Positions 1 to 6,506 of a stretch of DNA of 11,809 bases are shown here, piece by piece. Numbering within the stretch: the stretch's first letter is position 1; each line of letters starts with the position of its first letter. The DNA lies in contig JAHLWH010000150.1 of the NCBI GenBank assembly GCA_019058015.1, positions 1-11,809 of the forward strand, written 5' to 3'. Below the pieces are notes generated by a model, which did no database searches, was not told the origin of the DNA, and saw only the letters and a list, made by a program, of their open reading frames with translations. The translations under genes were made by a program, and so were the position numbers. This DNA comes from Promethearchaeota archaeon. GTDB lineage: Archaea; Asgardarchaeota; Lokiarchaeia; Sigyniarchaeales; SOKP01.

Positions 1-481
1 ATAGATAGTCTAACTGAGCTGTGTAGATACGGTCCTCAGGTCGCCAGAAAACATTGGGTTTGGGGAAAACGTACTCTTCAGTGCCTATGTCGTAATTGTC
101 GTAAGCTGCCTTTTCAATTAAGATGATCCCGTGTGTACCATCCATAACGACCACAAAAGTCTCATCGTAGTCGACGTTTATGCCCATATCAGAGACAGTC
201 ATAATATACTCATCACCAACCGTTGCTGGATCGCCGATGGGGGAAGCTCCTGTTGCTATTGCTGGTCCTACCTCCGCTGCGTACTTACGGATCGCGATTT
301 CATCCTCACCCAGCATTTCGGGGGTTGCATCCATGGGATCCAAACCATCTGGAGCCATATCATTGCGTGGAAATACCGATAAGAAGTCAATACTGGCGCT
401 TGTTGTCGTTATAAATGCTAGACCTAAGAAATTGACCGTTACAAGTGAAACTATTAGAAATAATACTATTTTCTTTTTCAT
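1..481 (-). CDS. Secreted/surface protein, N-terminal 160 aa (runs off the left edge); possibly an M6/M30-like (immune inhibitor A-type) metallopeptidase
   Basis: Not in the ORF track because it has no stop in the window. Manual translation from ATG at 481 is open to the edge: MKKKIVLFLIVSLVTVNFLGLAFITTTSA-SIDFLSVFPRNDMAPDGLDPMDATPEMLGEDEIAIRKYAAEVGPAIATGASPIGDPATVGDEYIMTVSDMGINVDYDETFVVVMDGTHGIILIEKAAYDNYDIGTEEYVFPKPNVFWRPEDRIYTAQLDYL. It has a basic N-terminus, hydrophobic core and T-S-A cleavage-like site (Sec signal peptide), then an acidic mature region. The peptidase call rests only on recalled resemblance of the region ending 'DRIYTAQLDYL'; no HExxH motif is visible in the window. Confidence 0.85.
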   Translation of the reverse strand, partial: MKKKIVLFLIVSLVTVNFLGLAFITTTSASIDFLSVFPRNDMAPDGLDPMDATPEMLGEDEIAIRKYAAEVGPAIATGASPIGDPATVGDEYIMTVSDMGINVDYDETFVVVMDGTHGIILIEKAAYDNYDIGTEEYVFPKPNVFWRPEDRIYTAQLDYL

Positions 482-662
482 TTTTATTTCAACTTATTAT
501 TTTTTTAAATATTCTTTCTTTTTTGTAGATTTAAATATCCCGCATGTTTCACAACATTTAGTGATATTTTGAATACATCTAAAAAGCCATAACGTTATAG
601 CAATGCATATAACATAACTAAATTTATATAACTTTTTGATGAATGATTATTTAATTTTCCAC

Positions 663-677
663 TATATAAAATTTTCT
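663..677 (-). promoter_or_regulatory. Candidate archaeal BRE/TATA (AGAAAAT-TTTATATA) for the secreted protein gene
   Basis: The minus strand reads agaaaat tttatata, a purine-rich BRE-like tract followed by TTTATATA. It lies about 180 nt upstream of the ATG at 481. The AT-rich background makes chance matches likely. Confidence 0.3.
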
Positions 678-802
678 ACTTTTTCTGGGAAAAATCGGGG
701 ATTTTGATCCTTTTACACACAAATATACACGTTTTTATCAAAGGAAATGGAAAAGGATGTAAGAATTTCGATCTTTGCATCCAATTTAACTACTCAATAA
801 TT

Positions 803-811
803 TTTTATATC
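803..811 (+). promoter_or_regulatory. Candidate TATA box for the MBL-fold gene
   Basis: TTTTATATC ends about 30 nt upstream of the ATG at 843, which fits a short-leader archaeal transcript. Confidence 0.35.
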
Positions 812-842
812 ATATTTCTTTAAAAAAAATTGAAAAGGTATA

Positions 843-1523
843 ATGAAAGGTACACAAAATTTTGAAATTATGATAGTTTTTGATAATAATGCTCTTTCAG
901 GATTTAAATCTGGATGGGGATTTGGAGCAATTATTGTGAATAATTATTCAAATAACATTATACTTTTTGATACAGGCTCAGGCTTTCCTAAATTAGCGTA
1001 TAATTTAAATAAATTTAATATTGAAATTGAAGATATCCGAAAAATAATCATATCTCATACTCATATGGATCATGCTGGGGGATTAATGAGTCTTATTACA
1101 ATGAATCCTAATATCGAACTATATTTAGCACATTCAAAAAAAGATTATCTATCGAATCAAATCCCCTCTGATGTTAAAGTTTATGGAATAAAAGATATAA
1201 CTAAAATCGATAAAAAAATTTACTGTTCGAAAGAATTGGGAACAGGAATACCCGAAATCTCTTTATTTTTAAAGTCGGAAAAAGGAATTGTTATAATTAC
1301 AGGATGTGCCCACCCGGGATTAGAAAATATAATAGAAAATGCTAAGGATTTAGGAAAGATCCGCGCTGTATTAGGAGGCTTTCACGGATTCGATAAATAT
1401 TTCGCCTTGGAAGGGATCGATTTAATTGCTCCTTGCCATTGCACTTCAAAAACTAAAAAAATAAGGAAAAATTTTCCCAATAATTTTGTAGAAATAAAAG
1501 CTGGAAGCACATTAATATTTTAA
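843..1523 (+). CDS. MBL-fold metallo-hydrolase (DHPS-like / MJ0301-like subfamily)
   Basis: Motifs ILFDTG, SHTHMDHAGG (HxHxDH), ITGCAHPG, GGFH and PCHCT. The GCxHPG/GGFH/PxHCT combination is typical of this subfamily. Confidence 0.9.
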   Translation: MKGTQNFEIMIVFDNNALSGFKSGWGFGAIIVNNYSNNIILFDTGSGFPKLAYNLNKFNIEIEDIRKIIISHTHMDHAGGLMSLITMNPNIELYLAHSKKDYLSNQIPSDVKVYGIKDITKIDKKIYCSKELGTGIPEISLFLKSEKGIVIITGCAHPGLENIIENAKDLGKIRAVLGGFHGFDKYFALEGIDLIAPCHCTSKTKKIRKNFPNNFVEIKAGSTLIF

Positions 1524-1712
1524 ATCCTCTCTTATACTCCCATCTGGCAACATATTATCAGGATGAGGTATTCCGGCTTCTTCTTTTTGATACCTTATGC
1601 AATTTTTATTATCAACCCAACAATAATCCCTAACCCATTTTTCTTCTAATTTGTCCTGCTCGTAAAAAAATTTCAATGGGCAGCAATTATACCATTTACA
1701 TTGCTTCGGAAT
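1512..1712 (-). CDS. Small Cys-rich protein, 66 aa, with an apparent ATT start (family often labelled 'uracil-DNA glycosylase' in databases; function uncertain)
   Basis: Not in the ORF track. Manual translation: (I/M)PKQCKWYNCCPLKFFYEQDKLEEKWVRDYCWVDNKNCIRYQKEEAGIPHPDNMLPDGSIREDLKY*. The pattern CKWYxxCP...W...YC...CxRY...HPDNMLPDG is one I recognise as a conserved small-protein family. It fills the gap downstream of the HAD gene, is preceded by GAGAGGG, and overlaps the MBL gene 3' end by 12 nt. Confidence 0.8.
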   Translation of the reverse strand: MPKQCKWYNCCPLKFFYEQDKLEEKWVRDYCWVDNKNCIRYQKEEAGIPHPDNMLPDGSIREDLKY

Positions 1713-1726
1713 AGCATTCCCTCTCG

Positions 1727-2353
1727 TTAATTTATTTTAATATTAAAATTTTTTAAATCTTTAATTAACTTCTCAGGATAATAAAAAATTATTGCATTTA
1801 GATTAAGAGATCGGGCATTTTTAACAGCCTTACTACTATCATCAATTAATAAAGATTGATTTGGCTCACAATCGAGATGATTTAGCAATTCATTATAAAA
1901 TTCTATTTCTTTTTTATTATGATGATAAATATAACTAAAAACATAATCATCAAAATATTTCAGAAAATCATACCTTTTATTAAGAAAATCTATCCTCGTC
2001 TTAACATTACCACTGAAAATTACTAATCTATAATTTTTCTTCAAATTTTTTATTAATTCGAGCATTCCAAAATGAGGAATATACGAATTAAACCAAATAT
2101 TTTTTATGTGTTCTTTATCCTTATCTTCTAATTCTAGTTTTTCAATTGCATTATCTAAGAATTCTTCCATAGAGATCATCCCACTCCTTAATTTATAGCC
2201 CAGTCTATGAGTTTTATCAAGAAATATTTCTGCGACTTTCCTATAATTAATTCCATAATTAGTTGCAATTTTTTTTATAGCTAATGTTGTCCCCGATGTG
2301 AATAATACACCACCTAAATCAAAAACAATAGTTTTGATGTCGAGTTGAATCAT
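1727..2353 (-). CDS. HAD-family phosphatase (HAD-IA, YihX / sEH N-terminal-like)
   Basis: Motif I IVFDLGGVL (DxG variant), motif II FSGN, motif III Lys in HNKKEIEFY, motif IV LIDDS. Confidence 0.9.
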   Translation of the reverse strand: MIQLDIKTIVFDLGGVLFTSGTTLAIKKIATNYGINYRKVAEIFLDKTHRLGYKLRSGMISMEEFLDNAIEKLELEDKDKEHIKNIWFNSYIPHFGMLELIKNLKKNYRLVIFSGNVKTRIDFLNKRYDFLKYFDDYVFSYIYHHNKKEIEFYNELLNHLDCEPNQSLLIDDSSKAVKNARSLNLNAIIFYYPEKLIKDLKNFNIKIN

Positions 2354-2501
2354 CGTTAAAAAAGCATAATATGATATCTAATTTAAAATTGCTCTATTGA
2401 ATAATTTTGAAATATCTTTTTTTCAGTCCTTCCAGATAGTTATTAAGAGATTTACATTGGGAAGGTACTAAGATAAGTTTAAATTCAGCTCAAATTGCAA
2501 T

Positions 2502-3626
2502 TTACCTCGTTTTAAGAAAAATACCTTTGTTGAAAAGATCTTGGACTATAAAATACGCAATTAGAATAAATAAACCATAACATAAAATTAATAACCCATA
2601 ACGTTTTAGATAATTATTTTTTTGATCTTTACCTTGATTTATTTTCTTGTGGCGCAGTTTAGGAAAAAAAAATCCGGTCTTGATTCTATATTTTTGAAAT
2701 TCTTCGGGAAATTTATCCTTTAATCGATTTTCTTCAAAATCAGAAAGAAAAATCATAATAAGAAAGAACAATGTCCAAGAAAGAATATCACCTATTCGAA
2801 TTCCGTCGTCAATAAAACCTGGCGTGTATAAGGCAAAAGGAAACAGCATTATAAGAATACCAAGATTTTGAGGATGGCGAATAAGTTTATATGGTCCCGT
2901 TTGAACAATATCTAATCCAATTTTTTTACCTTTAACGAGATGGATTAACCCCCAAAAAAATAACAACAACCCCACAATAAAAATAATAATCTCAATAATG
3001 AGCAAAATATCAACTCGGAAAGAAGAATCCCAGGAGAAAATTACAATCCATGAATCAACCCAACTACCTGCTCCCCATGATTGAAATATTATCCACGAGG
3101 TATAAGCTATTGGAAACATATATACCATTGGATATAAAATTCCAGCAATTATCGGCATATATGCCCAAATCGAGCTGATGCTTAAAAGAAATGGTTTAAT
3201 TTTTGCTTTTAATTTTAGAATGAAGGATTTTTTTCTCTCTATCGGTAAGGTATCAGCCCAAAATAGAAGCCCAGCAAAAAATGAAATCAAAATCGTTAAT
3301 ATTGCAATAATTTGTATTGATTGAATGCCAACAGATCCACTGAACCAAAAATTCCAATATATGATTGAATTAAAAACAAGCATAAATATTTGGGAACCCA
3401 TCACAATAAACAGTAAAATTGAAGGTAATTTCACATTTTTAAACGATAGAGAAATCCAATAAGCTATAAGAATTAGGACAATTGTGCTAATAAAAACTCC
3501 AATCACTAAAAGTTCGGCAATTTCATCAACTATATATGAAAATTTTTGCGGTATAATCAATAGTCCAAAAGAATTTAATCCAATTATTGTAAGACATAAA
3601 ATTTGGATGATTTTTTTTATTTCCAT
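2502..3626 (-). CDS. Multi-pass membrane protein with a C-terminal ICMT/PEMT (Ste14-like) SAM-dependent methyltransferase domain
   Basis: IVQTGPYKLIRHPQNLG and EENRLKDKFPEEFQKYRIKTGFFFP match the ICMT-family SAM-binding motifs (GxYxxxRHP; EExxL...F...Y...P). There are many hydrophobic helices, including a long N-terminal extension and an extra C-terminal helix. Confidence 0.85.
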   Translation of the reverse strand: MEIKKIIQILCLTIIGLNSFGLLIIPQKFSYIVDEIAELLVIGVFISTIVLILIAYWISLSFKNVKLPSILLFIVMGSQIFMLVFNSIIYWNFWFSGSVGIQSIQIIAILTILISFFAGLLFWADTLPIERKKSFILKLKAKIKPFLLSISSIWAYMPIIAGILYPMVYMFPIAYTSWIIFQSWGAGSWVDSWIVIFSWDSSFRVDILLIIEIIIFIVGLLLFFWGLIHLVKGKKIGLDIVQTGPYKLIRHPQNLGILIMLFPFALYTPGFIDDGIRIGDILSWTLFFLIMIFLSDFEENRLKDKFPEEFQKYRIKTGFFFPKLRHKKINQGKDQKNNYLKRYGLLILCYGLFILIAYFIVQDLFNKGIFLKTR

Positions 3627-3800
3627 TCTAAATTAAAAAAGCAACTTCCTCATTAAAAATATTTTCGTAAATAGAAAGGAAGTGATTATGTTTTACTCTA
3701 TTTTTGAATTTAAAAAATTTATTAATATCCTAAGTATGCCAAATTGATAAATATGATATTATTTAATGGAGACTAAATTTCTCATAAAAGGAAAAAATAC

Positions 3801-4667
3801 TCATTCTTTAAGTTTTTGCTTAAAATTCATAATTAGATTATTTGTGGGTCGAACCATCTTTTTGTGACCAAAAACAATTATAATACAGGCAACTAAAATG
3901 ATTTTCAAGATTATGGAATAATATAACCCAAATCTCGTTAGGTAATTAGGAAAAATTATACCAGATATATCAGCTAATGCATGAAAAATTAAAGCGGTTA
4001 GCATAGATCTATTTGTATTATTATAAAGCCAAGTCATAAAACATGAAAGAAGTGTAGTTTCAGTGATTAAAACCCAAATTGGGATATATGCATAAAGTTT
4101 TTGACTAGTTGGAAAAAAATACAGAGGTAAATGCCAGATTCCCCATAGAATTCCAAGAATAATACTACTAAGAAGGGCGTTCCACTTCATCTGTAGCTGA
4201 TTAAGAGCATAACCTCGCCAACCAAATTCCTCACGAAATGGGTTTGCGAAAGGAAGTAATGCACCAATGAAATAAATTGGGATTATCCAAGGTTGCATTA
4301 AAAGAGGTGCTTCAGGAATAGTCCCGCCACTAATTATATTTAATAAAAAAGCGCAGAATTCAATTGCTGGTAATAACAGAAATACTGGAATCCACCACAT
4401 CTTTCCAATATCTTTATAATTAAACATACTCCGAATTAGATCTTTTATAGCGTTTTTTCCCCCTCGAAAATAAACGAGAACAAATCCTGTAATGGAAGGT
4501 CCAAACGCACCGATAAGATTAAGAAGACCGTACATGGCATTTGATAATTGAAGGTCAAGTATATTTGTAGCATCTAAAACTCCAGGTAGCCAAATTAGCC
4601 AAGATATTCCATATGCTATTAGAAAAAAATCCCAGGGAAATTTGTTAATATTATAAGATTCATTCAT
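3801..4667 (-). CDS. CPBP-family intramembrane glutamic protease (Rce1/Abi type II CAAX protease-like)
   Basis: REEFGWRG (EExxxR), WGIWHLP (F/WxxxH) and FHALAD (HxxxN/D), with about 8 hydrophobic segments. Confidence 0.93.
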   Translation of the reverse strand: MNESYNINKFPWDFFLIAYGISWLIWLPGVLDATNILDLQLSNAMYGLLNLIGAFGPSITGFVLVYFRGGKNAIKDLIRSMFNYKDIGKMWWIPVFLLLPAIEFCAFLLNIISGGTIPEAPLLMQPWIIPIYFIGALLPFANPFREEFGWRGYALNQLQMKWNALLSSIILGILWGIWHLPLYFFPTSQKLYAYIPIWVLITETTLLSCFMTWLYNNTNRSMLTALIFHALADISGIIFPNYLTRFGLYYSIILKIILVACIIIVFGHKKMVRPTNNLIMNFKQKLKE

Positions 4668-4719
4668 GAAAAATTCATATCTTTTTTAAATTCTTAAACC
4701 TATAGGAGTCCAATTTTTA

Positions 4720-5346
4720 TCATCTAACCTTTATCTTTCTTATAATAGACTTTTCCTCATCAATCTCAAAATCTTCAAAAGCAGTAGGAGCATATTTTTT
4801 TAATTGTTTTAAAATCTTAATTACTAATTTTCTTATTTCCCATTGTGCACCTATATTGCCACGAAGTTCTAATATATTACGCCATTCTCTAAAATTTGCG
4901 GAAACTACAATTTGGCTTTCAATAGCATTAGGTAACACAAATCTTGCATCTTCATTTATTATTTCAAGATCTTTTAATTTTAAATAAACCTTTTTTGCTT
5001 CTTCCATAAATTTAATAAATAGAGAATGGGCTTTAGAATTTTTTTTTATAGAATCTGGTTCAATATATTTAAAATTAAGCTCAGATACATATCTTTGTGA
5101 TTGTTGAGTAAATGAACACAATCTGTGCCTAACTAATTGATGAGTTAATACTCTCGATACACCAGAAATGTTAAAAGTGGCATAAGCATGTTCTAATACA
5201 GAAGTATGCCCTTTTTTAATAAGCATTTTAATAAAATTTTTCTCAGAATTTTTTCCTTGTCTATTGAAGGATAGATGAGATGTACGTCCTGCAATTTCTA
5301 TTAATTTTTCAGGATTGGAAGTAATTGATAATAACTCAACCTTCAT
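4720..5346 (-). CDS. thyX: FAD-dependent thymidylate synthase ThyX
   Basis: Signature RHRx7S (RHRLCSFTQQSQRY), plus GHTSVLEH, EDARFVLPNA, NFREWR and AQWEIR. Confidence 0.97.
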   Translation of the reverse strand: MKVELLSITSNPEKLIEIAGRTSHLSFNRQGKNSEKNFIKMLIKKGHTSVLEHAYATFNISGVSRVLTHQLVRHRLCSFTQQSQRYVSELNFKYIEPDSIKKNSKAHSLFIKFMEEAKKVYLKLKDLEIINEDARFVLPNAIESQIVVSANFREWRNILELRGNIGAQWEIRKLVIKILKQLKKYAPTAFEDFEIDEEKSIIRKIKVR

Positions 5347-5475
5347 AATATAATATCACTTATGTAATTTAGTTATCCGTTATTCTATAAATTTAAATAT
5401 TTTTAGATTAATAGAATCTAAATTAACTCATAGAATATGAATTTGAAGTAATTAGAGATTTTAAAAGGTAAGAAC

Positions 5476-6323
5476 TTACCATTTATCATATTTAGGGTCT
5501 CTTTTTTCAAGAAAGGAAAACATTCCTTCCATGGCGTCGTTAGTATTCATTAAAACTGTTTGAGTTCTATTTTCCAGTTTTATTGCTGATTCAAAGGACG
5601 GTGCATCAACATTCATATTCAATGCGTCCTTTGTAAATCGTATTCCCATAGGGCTTTTATTCAGCATTTCTTTTGCTATATTTATTGATTCTTCGATAAT
5701 TTTATTATCAGGAACTACTTTTGAGACAAGTCCTATCCGATCGGCTTCTTTTGCTTCAACATTTTTTCCAGTATAAATAATCTCTGCAGCTCTTGAATAA
5801 CCGATCAGCCTTGGGAGCCAATATGAACTTCCACAATCTGCACCTGAAACACCTATTTTTATGAATGCATTACAAAAATAAGCACTTTCTCCTACTATTC
5901 GAATATCAGAAGCAAGTGCAAGTCCAAAAGCTGCACCATGAGCAGCTCCTTTAACTGCCGCTATTATGGGTTGTGGAATTTTTCTAAGCTTAATTAATAT
6001 ATCGGTCATAATTTTTTGTCCAATTATCATTCTCTTAGTTTTATCCTTTGCCAGCAGGTGTTTAAATCTCTGAAATTCCTCGAGAACTTTCCTCATAATA
6101 ACGACTCGACTATCTTTTAAATCAAGTCCGGCTGAGAATGCGCGCCCTTCACCAGTTAAGATGACGACACGTATTTCAAAATTATTTTCTAAAAGAGTAA
6201 TATAGTCTAGAAGTTCTTCCATCATTTCAAAATTTATTGCATTAACCTTTCAGGTCTGTTTAATGTGATGATTGAGATTCCATCGCTTCTTTCTTCAATA
6301 TTAATGGTTTTAAATTCTTTCAT
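5476..6323 (-). pseudogene. Enoyl-CoA hydratase/isomerase (crotonase) family gene with a single-base frameshift near 6242-6243 (true pseudogene or sequencing error)
   Basis: The track ORF (5476..6225) has GEGRAFSAGLDL, PQPIIAAVKGAAHGAAFGLALASDIRI, EADRIGLV and FLEKRDPKY. An upstream ATG at 6323 (alternative in-frame ATG at 6332) gives MKEFKTINIEERSDGISIITLNRPERL, then MQ and a stop at 6234-6236. Adding one A restores the canonical LNRPERLNAINFEMM in frame with the main ORF. Confidence 0.88.
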
Positions 6324-6457
6324 ATATACCATATTAATTTTTTATTTTGTATAGATAAATAGATTTTAGGTAATTAAATAAAATCATGTTAATAGTATAT
6401 TGTTTGAAGCCTTGTAATAAAATATACTTTTTTCTAACTTAAATTTAAATTCTAATA

Positions 6458-6478
6458 CTTTTTATTATGAATAAAAAG
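6458..6478. promoter_or_regulatory. Perfect inverted repeat CTTTTTATT-atg-AATAAAAAG overlapping a TATA-like element upstream of the Sec23/24-like gene
   Basis: 9-bp arms (6458-6466 and 6470-6478) with a 3-nt spacer, ending 28 nt before the ATG at 6507, in a divergent intergenic region. Confidence 0.4.
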
Positions 6479-6506
6479 GAAGTTCAATTTTTAGTGTGAG
6501 AAAAAT

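Noticed and set aside
131-572. Three plus-strand ORFs (131..382, 180..572, 223..414)
   Set aside because: They are antisense shadows of the minus-strand secreted protein gene (481 to the left edge). The locally higher GC reduces stop frequency, and they have no recognisable motifs.
3644-3683. Inverted repeat ACTTCCT...AGGAAGT upstream of the ICMT-like gene
   Set aside because: It has only 7-bp arms with a 26-nt AT-rich spacer, which is compatible with chance.
4717-4722. Selenocysteine or readthrough at the thyX TGA stop
   Set aside because: The TGA is followed directly by TAA and the protein is already full length.
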